NCBI RefSeq assembly: GCF_902652985.1
Contig: NC_047019.1
Coordinates: 43,400,001 to 43,464,000 of the forward strand
Source of the DNA: Pecten maximus
Lineage: Eukaryota
Direction of reading: 5' to 3'
DNA: 64,000 nucleotides
Shown: piece after piece, positions 38,626-51,600 of the stretch
Numbering within the stretch: the stretch's first letter is position 1
Layout of the letters: each line of letters begins with the position of its first letter
The notes under the pieces: generated by a model
Told to the model about the DNA's origin: nothing
The model's database searches: none
Seen by the model: the letters and a program-made list of their open reading frames with translations, nothing else
Made by a program: the position numbers and the translations under genes

Positions 38626-41555
38626 TCAAAATTGAGTAGTTTCCATAGTTTCTGTTTTCCGTAGTAGTATTGGATGTTCGTTTGGGTTATGCAACTGTTC
38701 CTTACACATTATGTCAACATTAAGGACCCTTGTGATCTGTTTGTTCTCATTTGAGTTCAGCGTCCCAATTCGCCTTGAGTCTTTACCGTCCTCACCGTCC
38801 CGACAGCCTTCCTCACCATCCTGACAGCCTTTTGCGTATTCGTAGGCTGTGAGGAACGTGCTGACAAATACTGGTATGATGAGGGAAAATAACACAACGC
38901 CTGATAGAGCACAGATACAGCCAATCAACTTTCCAAACACAGTCTTCGGCACCACATCCCCATAGCCTACCGTTGTCATGGTTACGATACTCCACCACCA
39001 TGCCGCGGGAATGCTGGGAAAATCCGATTTATTTTCAACAAAGTAGATGAAGTTGGAGAATATGCACATTGTTACCATGACGTACATGACTAGAACGCAA
39101 ATGTCTTTCATACCAGTAACAAGGGAATAACGAAGGACCTTAAATGCTTTGATATGTTCTATTGTCCTGAAGAGACGAAATACACGGAACATTTGTAAAT
39201 AAAGGAGCAGGTCGTACACCACGGTCATAGTCTCCATCAAATCACTCCGTAAATCCAACAAAATTCTCCCGAAACTGTCAAGGAGCAGGATCAGATCTAA
39301 CAAGTTCAATACGCCACTGAGAAATTCCTTTTTGTTCGGACATGTAATCAGTCTGAGGACGAATTCAACAGTAAAGAATGCTGTTATGACGTGTTCCATA
39401 TAGTGACATAAAACGTTTTCAAAATCTGCATTACTTGCTAGTTCCCGCGCTGAGGTGAACGAAGAAAGTTTTTTCTTAGAATTTGAAAATGAGTTCGTAA
39501 GGAATGTAGTCGTCCAATCCTTGACAGATGATTTAAATATATTTTCATTATTCGTTATGTTTTTTAATGCCATCTTGCTGATGTTTGCACCAGGGCTTGT
39601 TGCATCACTGTATATCTCGCTGGAAGCTGAGTGTGGCGTAACGTTTGTAGCAAAATACCGCGTGCCATTTAATTTCGTCGTTTGGTTCATGGAACTATCG
39701 TTCCCGTAATCATTAAAATTAGGCTTTGGAGGTTTGTCCAAATCATACAAGTCCTGAGTGTAATCAGGGATTGGAGTTATATCCAGATCATATACGTCCT
39801 TGTACTCAGTAGTGTGGTCCAGTATTTCGCTGAATGGTATTACAGTTGATTGTACAATATTAGTCTTACAACATTTTGGCAGGTGTAAGTGTATGTATGT
39901 ATTTTCTACTTCTAGCTTTTTACTTTTATTACTTGGTGACATCCCACGGCTCCCACCGGTTAGGAGGCTGCAGGCAACACAATTTACTCTGATAATAGTA
40001 GGAGTATATCTCAGTGGCATCGGTGTCACGGTACCGCAATTCGCGGACATATTTGAAAAACCTGTAATATTCAATTGATTTGTAGAAGGTAACAGATCCG
40101 AAGTACCAGACGAATTCCCGTCGGGATGCTGCTCGTTATCTTTTACATCGCTCATGCTGGTAAGGGCAAGGACAGTAATCATCAGCAGTACAAAGGTTGT
40201 CGACACATAGAAATACACCTGGAAATACATTTGTCAGGCATTAAGTCTATAAAACCGTGTATACTGCTGTCGAGATTATTAAGTTAATCTATATGTCATT
40301 TTTAATCTTTGAACATTATGTCAGGTGTTCACGAAACAAAAAGAATGTCGTTTGTGAAAATAGATATCAACAAAAAAGAAATCGAACTGAACTACTTTGG
40401 TCATTGTAATAATTTCAAATAAACTGACGTATTGTATAGCAATTTTGCAGGTACAAATGTCATAGGATGCAAAGCCCATACTCCCGGTCGATAGAGTGTT
40501 TGTGACGAAAATACACAGCAGGACTATCATTTTACAACTTATTCCGAAAGAACTTTCAAGCTTGGAGCCATACACCGAACATACATTTATTCTTCCATAC
40601 TCGTACATCAAGCACCACACAGTGAACATACATTGGTTCACCCATACTCGTACACAAGGCCCCACACAGGGAACATACATTGGTTCACCCATACTCGTAC
40701 ATATACTAGTACCTGCCATTACGAAATTGATGGCTCGAGCATTCAAATTTTGGATTATCAGAAAGAAAAGGCCTAAAGAATGATAATGTGATTATTGCCC
40801 GTAAGGGACGTTGAACTGGCCACGAACGTGATGTGAAAACCAATGTTCGTTTTCGCAATTTAATTTTACACCTCAACTCAAGTTTGAAGTAGGTTATACC
40901 CTAACGGAAAACTATGTTTTAAAGGAACTACAAATGTTTAAAGAATATTGATGTAAAAGGCCTTCCTCGAAATAATTGGAACGATCAAAATCTTTTCTCG
41001 TGTAATCTTGATGATTGCAAACCACACAATCTAACAATGGATAATAACCCAGAGTCAAAGCCGTTTTATAATTTGTCCTGCTGTTAGAAAACATACCTTT
41101 GAACACGTTGACTTTCGATCACAGTTGACGATTCCCCATATTCGTTCTTTTGCATTGCCATTCCCAGAATGCCCAGCGCCACAGTTCTCTGATTCCATAT
41201 ACATGTTTTCGAACCCTTTGAGCATTTTCTGATCCTTCAGGAAAGCACAGAGCTTGTGATAGCAGCATGCTTCTAACAGTCTGCTTTTCAATCCCCAGAA
41301 CCGCAGCTCCGTTAAAAACTCGCCCTTGCAGACACTCTTAGGAATGTGAAGCTGCCCGGTATAGCAGTATTCTATCAGAGCCATGGTAGAGTCTTTGGGC
41401 CTCATAATGACGTATTTCGTGTATGTATCTGTCCGGGATGTTGTGTCAAGGAACATTTCAATCTTTGACCCGAAAGTTTTGAGAACAGATTCCACGGGGA
41501 CTACAAACTGATCAGCACCGACTTGGAGAACAGGTTCAATTTTGTCACATACCAT
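38626..41555 (-). CDS. Kv-like channel copy 4 (~683 aa)
   Basis: Exon 1 41555-41097 (153 aa T1, HIPKSVC..CCY), exon 2 40218-38626 (530 aa); intact TVGYGD; same intron phase. Confidence 0.92.
40575..40705. repeat. ~47 bp tandem repeat (about 3 units) in the Kv copy 4 intron
   Basis: gaacatacattggttcacccatactcgtaca recurs three times. Confidence 0.7.
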
Positions 41556-44500
41556 ATTGTCAGCTGACAAACACACTATCGTTTTTGATAATTGTTTAAT
41601 TCAAAAAGATTGAAATCGAGAGCCTCTTCTTTATGATACTCCCAAACACAGTACATACACTAGAGATATCTCTCAGTCGTGTTTATAATAGTCGTCCAAG
41701 TATCTATATTTGATCATCAGGGTATGGTGTAGACTGTTGAATGCCATGGGGCATAATGAAATATGCCTAAGCTATAGTCATTCATATTTAAAAATAATTA
41801 TGGGCAAACAAAGTCAATATATGAATATACAGATCGATGTAGCTCTACAGTACAGACCTGACAGAGATTCATGGGATTATACTGTCCAACAACTTCATAT
41901 GGTTCTCTGTTAACATATATTTTACATGCATGCTTCTAAGACATATATACTTATGGTTAACATAATAGAAACATTGTAGAATTGCATTATCTATGCATTG
42001 ACGTCATGTTTAACCTTCAGTACCAGATTGCTTGGTGCCTATCAACACTGCATAGCTGAATCATGTACATTATTAACCATGGCTACGTACCCTATCTTAA
42101 CGGAGCATCTCATTTACGTTCTCATCACGTTGTCAGTATAATATGACCACGTGACCAGCGAAGTAGTACTGTAAAGTCGGTATCGAATATTCGTGAAATA
42201 AAATCAATTTTAATTTTAGCCAATTTCTGAATTTTTGTTTTAGTAACAGTCCATCTATCATGTTGTAGGAGAGATAACCCCTATTTAACATATAGAGATA
42301 ATCAAATATATACGTATACATATAATAATATAATATTTGTATAAAATTTGGTCAGCATTCTTACCCTTCATAAACAAACTATACAATTCCCTATGATATT
42401 GTAGAATATCAGATTGTGATGAGTCACTGGTGTTTCACTATATAAAATACATCTACAATACATGTCATAGGGAACTCTAGTGTAGGGTTTCGTTGTCAGG
42501 ATGTGCATGAAGTAAGAAACATAACTCAATGTACAGAATAAACAGTTTCATCAAATTTCATAAAACTAGCTGCACTGATAACAAATGAGACCCATTCTAC
42601 AGCATATCTTATATAATCACGCAATGAAAACAATGTCTCGTTATCACAATATCGTCACAAAAGAGCAAAGGTAAATCGCTGACCCAGTATCAGTGGATGT
42701 AGGGTAAGATACGTGTACAGCTGTACTCGCTATCTGTACAGGGAGATAAAGGACCAACCAGTCTCCCAAACAGTGAGTCTGAGGTAGAGCATCAGGTAGA
42801 CTTTTCCGTGGGTGACACAGAGGAAGTCGGTTAGAACATGGCCATGTTGAACTCGGTCCTGAGAACCGTTTGTAGACAGACTGTCGGACGCTGTCAGCAC
42901 GGTATGTTACATGGTTACACACTACACGTACTCCGAGTACCAGATCTGTGTGTTTGTGTATAGTAGTTATATAACCAAGAGGTGACACGGTTTTAACTTT
43001 CAATAGGAAGTTTATTGTTTAACATCTGCTAGCTTATTAACACAGTAATCGTTCTGAGTCCTTATAAAGATACGTTCTCTCTGTAGTTATGGATAACATG
43101 GCGTGCTTGTCACAAACAGGTACCCGAGTATTGATAAGTCATGTGATACACGGTAAATATTGTAAACAACCTTGTATGCGTCACAAACAAACTAAACCAC
43201 GCTCTATAAATTTTTACTCTTACAGGAAATCAGTGTTTCCTTACATATGTGCATTTTACATACATGTACTATGATTTAAAGAGTGTATTACTTCCATGTT
43301 CACTGTTTTGTGATATCTTGTAGGGTTGCAGCTGACTGGGCCGGGGACAACTAGTGCTCCTGTCAGGTGGTTAACATTGGTATGTGTTAATTTGTTAAAT
43401 AGATAGAAACTCGTCACATTTAGCATTCATCCATCTTTAAATTTGTATGATTTTGTTTAAGTGACACTAAAATCCTCAACATTTTCATCGAAGATGTACA
43501 TTTACAACCCAGATATCTGATTTACTATTAATAAAAAGGAAATAATAAAATTTATAATTCATACCGCCTTATAAACCAAATTTAATATTTTAACTCTAAG
43601 ATAAATGGAGTTATCTGTGTGATTCTGTATGATTCGCAGGGAACACTTAAGATTTTAAACGTGTTGATCACGTGTCAAAATGACGAATCGAGAGAGAACC
43701 ATTATGACTTGAATAGGAATGATCACATATGTCTGCTTCGGGTTAGTGTTTATAGAAAAGTTATTAGCTCTTGCTCTTTTTTCACTCAGATCCAAGATGT
43801 TATGAATATCAGCCAAACAAAACTAGCCAAAGTCTATAGTGATCTCGACTCTTTACAATTTATAGAATACACAGCATGTTTCATACTTCATTGCTTACTT
43901 TCGTTACTATTTCTTTTCGCACTCGCTTATATGCTCATACCTTCAAAAACCGTACACAAATACTCATTCAATCAAACCAACCGTCCGACGCCTATACAGA
44001 AGCAAAAAAGAGACACATTGACATACGAAAATCAAACACCATGGCAGACTCTGGCCGACTTTAACCCTGTCACTGATATAAAGACAAGCACATAATTCAC
44101 TGATAGCCTAATAAAAACACACCCATCAGTCAGATACATATATAAAAACGTTTATACCTAAGATCCACTCAATTACAAACAAGAATTATTATGGAATTTC
44201 AATTCTGTCAAACATACACAAAGACTTGTATGTATCTTAATTTAGAGTCAGCAACATAAGCACACAGACATACAGATACTTATAGAAAGAAAGTTACACT
44301 TAAGATCCACACAATTACAGACAAGATATACAGTGCAAACTCTGTCAAACATACACATAGAACAGGCATACTCATAGACATATAGACATATCCTGTCTCA
44401 CACTTAAACCCATATATACGTGTACGATACTATGTTTTGTAATTGTTGATGTCAATATGTTCTGTCTTTTTTTCTTTTTTGTTATCTTAGTGCTTAAACA

Positions 44501-45369
44501 GTTTTATTTTATTGTTCATTCATACTGTATTCGTACCCAGTGTATAAGTTAAATGTTACATTACCGGAAGTCTGACCAATCGCACCGAGAGCCATGTTTC
44601 AGTGTTGGTCATAACTCTTACCACCTTCACATAGCTATCGACACAATTAACCAGACTCCATACTAAAAATTCAACTGTTAAAAAATGGATTAAGCATTCT
44701 TATCTTGTTCTTGTACATTTAGCTTTGCAATTTTTGATTCAAATTGAAATACCGACATAACACTAAGTACTTTACGTTGCTGTTCACTAAAATGATATAC
44801 TTATATATATATATAAATGATATATACTATTTATATCGTTCATTTCTTTCATAAATCTTATACTCAAATATAATATACTGCAGTTTTCTCATATTGATGC
44901 AATAACCAAATTCTTGGAATATCTCTATGCTAGATTCCATATATCATTGAAGTATTTTCATTCTATGAAGTAATGTGTATAATCTTCGGTAACATTACAA
45001 ATATTACAAAAGTTACTTTCTTGAATTCTCCATCTTTGTAGAATAACTTTGAGCGGTATCATATAATGAAACAACTTCCATTTAAACACTTTATAACGGT
45101 TATCAATCAATTTATTTTGTATGAAATTAAACGTATGTTACTATATCGACAATGTGTACTACTCGAAGAGTCAAATGTGGGGATGAGCATCGATTCACTT
45201 TGGATTTAAGTGCAATCCGATAAAAATAGCAAATGTACACAAACTTCAGTAACGTACCTTGGCTATAAATCCGTAAATACCAATGCATGATATTTTTTGT
45301 CGTGTAACAATAATTTAAAAATGAGACCATGGATCAAAAGCGGACTTGATTGCCGACAATGCATGGGGC

Positions 45370-45480
45370 AATCCGATTGGTCGACAACTCTGCAAACAAT
45401 ACTAACTGTCCACCAATCAACAGCCTACTTCCGTTCCACAGTTGATGCATCGTCTGACCTTCGAGTGTTACACCTTGTTG
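45370..45480 (+). promoter_or_regulatory. Possible promoter and first exon of the BBOX-like gene
   Basis: Two CCAAT boxes (gattgg ~45375, ccaatc ~45412), an ETS-like acttccg (~45427), ATG at 45445 and a GT at 45481 in phase with the next exon; not proven. Confidence 0.3.
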
Positions 45481-45611
45481 GTATAGTTTCAGTAGCGGCT
45501 AATAGTTTTTCTATAGATACTGACTAGAAGCAAACGCCTGTGGAATGATTTGCAACATTTGCAAATTGATATGTACATGGTACATTTGAAAAAAATGTGT
45601 TTTATTCACAG

Positions 45612-48600
45612 AACAGTAAACTGTTGTCGTCGGTGCAGCAGGTCCAAGTAGTAGATGGCGGGAAAAAGCTCAATGTCACTTGGGAAGACGGCAAATCCTT
45701 CGAGTAAGCCACGCGATGTATTATGTACTATGTATTTATATATCGAGCTTCACTTATAACCGACCAAACATAACGAATGCACGATTGCACAACAATACGA
45801 ATTTCAGTAATACTATAATAAAGGACTGAGATTTAGTATCCCGAAAGCTATGAGAATTAGTACCGAACGTCAAATTGGGGATTTCTCATCATAGCTTTCC
45901 CCGTATCCTGTAAATATCACGCAAGTGAAAATCCTCTAATATATAATGTGTTTACATATCTTACGAATATCAAATTGTTATTTCGTTAAAGTGCACTGAA
46001 GCATGTTTTTTCCCCGTGAACAACATTGATGTATATGAATGTAATTCTACGTCTTACTAGATATAATTACAAGCATTTGGAGATGAGTCAACTTATAGAA
46101 TGTTGGACATCTCTACTGCTACCATGTACATGTTAACAGGGGCTAAAATGTGTACCTGCATGCATATAGTTTTGACGGTTATATTTACATATTTAATATC
46201 CCTCTATTTAGATGACGGCTATATTTGCATGTTGATATTTACGTGTAGAAATCCCTTTATTGAGATGACGGCTTATATTTACATGTTGATACCCCTCTGT
46301 AGAAATAAAGGCTATATTTACATGTTGATATCCCTCTGTAGAAATAAAGGCTATATTTACAAGTTGATACCCCTTTGTTGAGATGATGGTTATATTTACA
46401 AGTTGATAACCCTCTGTTGAGATGACGGTTGTATTTACAAGTTGATAACCCTATGTTGAGATGACGGTTATATTTACATGTTGATATCGATCTGTTGAGA
46501 TGACGGTTATATTTAATTGTTGATAACCCTCTGTTGAGATGACGATTATGTTTACAAGTTGATAACCCTATGTTGAGATGACGGTTATATTTACATGTTA
46601 ATACCCCTCTGTTGAGATGACGGTTATATTTACATGTTGATATCGATCTGTTGAGATGACGGTTGTGTTTACAAGTTGATATTTACGTGTAGAAATCCCT
46701 TTATTGAGATGACGGCTTTATTTACGTGTAGATAACCCTCTGTTGAGATGACGGTTATATTTACATGTTAATACCCCTCTGTTGAGATGACGATTATATT
46801 TACAAGTTGATAACCCTCTGTTGAGATGACGGTTGTGTTTACAAGTTGATAACCCTCTGTTGAGATGACGGTAATATTTACATGTTTATATCCCTCTGTT
46901 GAGATGACGGTTATATTTAATTGTTTATATCCCTCTGTTGAGATGACGGTTATATTTACATGTTGATATCGATCTGTTGAGATGATGGTTGTGTTTACAA
47001 GTTGATAACCCTCTTTTGAGATGACGGTTATATTTACATGTCGATAACCCTATGTTGAGATGACGATTATGTTTACAAGTTGATAACCCTATGTTGAGAT
47101 GACGGTTATATTTACATGTTGATATCGATCTGTTGAGATGACGGTTATATTTAATTGTTGATATCCCTCTGTTGAGATGACGGTTGTGTTTACAAGTTGA
47201 TAACCCTCTATTGAGATGACGGTTATATTTACATGTTGATACCCCTCTGTTGAGATGACGGTTATATTTACATGTTGATATCGATCTGTTGAGATGACGG
47301 TTATATTTACATGTTAATACCCCTCTGTTGAGATGACGGTTATATTTACATGTTGATATCGATCTGTTGAGATGACGGTTATATTTACATGTTAATACCC
47401 CTCTGTTGAGATGACGGTTATATTTACATGTTGATATCGATCTGTTGAGATGACGGTTATATTTACATGTTAAAACCCCTCTGTTGAGATGACGGTTATA
47501 TTTAATTGTTGATAACCCTCTTTTGAGATGACGGTTATATTTACATGTTGATAACCCTCTGTTGAGATCACGGTAATATTAACATGTTGATAACCCTCTA
47601 TTGAGATGACGGTTATATTTACATGTTAATACCCCTCTGTTGAGATCACGGTTATATTTACATGTTGATATCGATCTGTTGAGATGACGGTTATATTTAC
47701 ATGTTAATACCCCTCTGTTGAGATGACGGTTATATTAACATGTTAATACCCCTCTGTTGAGATGACGGTTATATTTACATGTTGATAACCCTCTGTTGAG
47801 ATGACGATTATATTTAATTGTTGATAACCCTCTTTTGAGATGACGGTTATATTTACATGTTGATAACCCTCTGTTGAGATCACGGTAATATTAACATGTT
47901 AATACCCCTCTGTTGAGATGACGATTATATTTACATGTTAATAACCCTCTATTGAGATGACGATTACATTTACATGTTAATAACCCTTTATTGAGATGAC
48001 GATTATATTTACAAGTTGATAACCCTCTGTTGAGATGACGGTTATATTTACTTGTTGATAACCCTCTGTAGAGATGACGGTTATATTTAATTGTTGATAA
48101 CCCTCTTTTGAGATGACGGTTATATTTACATGTTGATAACCCTCTGTTGAGATCACGGTAATATTAACATGTTGATAACCCTCTGTTGAGATGACGATTA
48201 TATTTACATGTTAATAACCCTCTATTGAGATGACGATTACATTTACATGTTAATAACCCTTTATTGAGATGACGATTATATTTACAAGTTGATAACCCTC
48301 TGTTGAGATGACGGTTATATTTACTTGTTGATAACCCTCTGTTGAGATGACGGTTATATTTACTTGTTGATAACCCTCTGTTGAGATGACGATTATATTT
48401 ACAAGTTGATAACCCTCTGTTGAGATGACGGTTATATTTACATGTTAATAACCCTCTGTTGAGATGACGATTATATTTACATGTTAATAACCCTCTATTG
48501 AGATGACGATTATATTTACATGTTAATAACCCTTTATTGAGATGACGATTATATTTACAAGTTGATAACCCTCTGTTGAGATGACGGTTATATTTACTTG

Positions 48601-51600
48601 TTGATAACCCTCTGTTGAGATGACGGTTATATTTACTTGTTGATAACCCTCTGTTGAGATGACGGTCCTACCTGATATTGTGAAAAGAACACACGTTAAC
48701 ACAAAACAGATCAATTCATCCTCAGGATAGCTTGTTTGTTCTATTAAAAACAGATCACAAAAACCCGTGGTTGTTATATGTCGTACTTCTTTCACTCTCG
48801 CTAGTTATTGACGAGTTTCTGTAACCTCTATATTTCTAATAGCACAACAGTAAATATGCTGTATAGATATTAAAATAAAATGGTTTAAACCAATCACCGA
48901 AACTTTAATTTCCTTATGAAATCTGATCATTTTGAAATGATAAACCTTGTAATACTCTGTAAACATGTGTTCCACTGTTTCTGGTTTTCTTTTACAAAAT
49001 CCACATAAATCACGCCAAGCCTTAGCTTTGCCTCCTTCACCTTAACTTATTCCAGTAACCAATTTTCCTGGCACTTGAAGGGCTTGCTAACTTGATATTG
49101 TCATTCTGTTTACATTGTGGCAATTTTCTACTTCTGCTAAGTTACCGTCCCTTCTACATAATATTATAATTAATTTGTGTGCAGTGAGCAAGCCCTCCTG
49201 CGTGAGGACTCAATATTGTTCAGGGGGTTGATCCCAGGGCTCCCCAACCCAAGTTCTAGTCCCCATTTTATTTCTTGCCGATTGACCTTTGGCAAATGCT
49301 AATAAAATATTAAAAAAAAAACATCAGAAAAAGTTATTGTAGACTTTGAAAACAGTATTCTTGTAAATATCCTCAACAATTTTAACAAAATATGTTTCCA
49401 TTGAACAGCATTATTCATTATAGGGAACACATTTATTGCAATTTTGCCTAGATATTCTTGTAAAATGTAACCGCTTCAAAAGCAAAGCAGACATCTTTTC
49501 CAAATTGTTTTCTTTCGTTCTTCTGAATCTTTCTTATTAACTCAACTAATTCATAGAAGGTGCATCAAGAGGCAATGATTCCTTAAGAAATATTTTCCAT
49601 GTAGCATCGAATTATACGTATACCCTTTTATCCATTTGACCCTTAATTATTTAATGAAAAAAATAAACTATAAATAAGTTTCTATAACAGTAAGCAACGC
49701 TTAACTACTTTGAGTTTTTTCACGCTAATAATTCCATATAAACTGGTAAACCGATATCAGACCGAAATAAGTGGCCGGATTCAGAAATCTGGTATCCATC
49801 TACGATGAAAATGGGAGAAGCAAGTACAAAATTCGTTTGCCCTGCTTGCAGACCGGTCAACAAAGACAAAGTTTAGGCTGCTTAAAGGAAGTTGTGCATG
49901 GCGGCCCACGGCCGAATCTTATTTTATGCATGATATTATGATAGACTTTTACCAAATACATGTCATTTTAGACACTAAAACGAAAATTAGCAAATGCTGT
50001 ATACGCAGCGCCACCTAACATGATTTCTGTAAAAAATGTGTACCCTCCCTTTTAAATTCAATATATTTCTCGTACAAAAGTACTTGATAAATTTCATATC
50101 GCATTGATAGTCTCATGTGATGTTATATTTTATAAAAACATGTGTGTTTAGTATGAATTTGTATAATAGAAAGTGTAATTACAGCTTTTTTAACAAAATT
50201 ATCAGTAAAAAATTTACCTTCTTGAAATTTTCTTTTATTTGTTAAGTAGATAAAATGTAATAATCGTTGGAGTACTATCAAATTTTGCTTTTAAAAAACA
50301 TTTTGCATATTAATCTTAATACACAACCAAAAAAAAAATCATCAAAAATTACTGGATAACAAAAGATTTTTGCATACAAAGAAAGGTCATGAAGTAAATT
50401 GTATTAAAAAACCAAGGGTTAAAAAGGAGCACCCTGTCTGACACAAGCAGTAAAGTGTAAAGTGTAAAGTAAAGTAAAGGCAAGAGTGCTTTTTTATTTA
50501 GGAACTAGCAATCAGAACAAAAAGCCATTACAACAACGGAATTGTATGTCACTGATGATGTAAATCTCATAATAGACTACACGAAGCTACATGGTGTGGT
50601 TACAATCATAATTAGATAAGCCCACAACATGATCAGTAAAACGTTTGTCATAAAATAATGTTTAATCGAACGTTTTGATGTACCTTTTGTAGCATTTGCC
50701 TCTATTTTTCAGTACTTTCGGTACTTTGATATGTTGTCCAAAATTTGGGGTGTATGCATTTAACATAATAAAATCTTGGCATATCCAGTAATTCACAAAA
50801 TAAATTTGTTTCATTAAATGTTTATGAATATCCATAGATTATTTCTAACCGGAAATTTTGATAGTACTCCATTAATAACTTTGTGGTATTAGACTTTCAA
50901 TGAAAAGTTAAAAACAATGATTTTCACAAAGAAGACAACAAATTAGGCTGAAATTTAATTTTAGTGTCACGGAGCGTGATGATTCATATACAAAATTAAA
51001 CCTTAAACAAATGGGGTGAATTTGTTTCACAAATAGGAAATAAAAATGTGTTCTATAATAATTAGTGGTCAAAACATTAGCTTCTTATGCAGTTTGATGG
51101 GGAAATAATGAAATCACCAAAAAAAGAATATATACATTGAGGAATGGAAATTAATTCCTCCCACATAATCGGGGATATTATGCTTTTGACAAAAATGTGT
51201 TTCCAGGAAAAAAATCGCCGTGGGCCGATTTAGCCCTCCTATGCACCACCTCCTTTGAAGTGATTAGATCGTCCTTTATAGATACACGACACCAAAGAAA
51301 ATTTGAACCCGAAGAAGACAAATCATATTTTTACGACATTTTGACATTTCCAAATATCCATTCAATTCTGAATGAAGGAATTTAAGAAAAAACATCTTAT
51401 TGCATCAAATCATAATCTATAATCATCTCCAACAAATATTTCTGTAAAATATCTTAAAATATTGGTTGAATTTTCTGCTTTCCCAGCAGAGTCTACATTT
51501 TCCCTTTATATATATATGTATAACGTTTGTGTACAATTACTTAGGGGATGCATTTTATAATTGCCCGGTTCTTTTCTGTACAAATGATAGTTGTAATGAC

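Noticed and set aside
42624-42670. Candidate first coding exon for the BBOX-like gene (ATG..GAGCAAAG|GTAAAT)
   Set aside because: Its phase does not fit the 45612 acceptor and there is no homology support; the start is left unresolved.
46200-48666. CRISPR-like appearance of 30-39 bp repeat arrays (also 54164-56022 and 59490-61165)
   Set aside because: Units are contiguous without unique spacers, there are no cas genes, and the context is eukaryotic introns.
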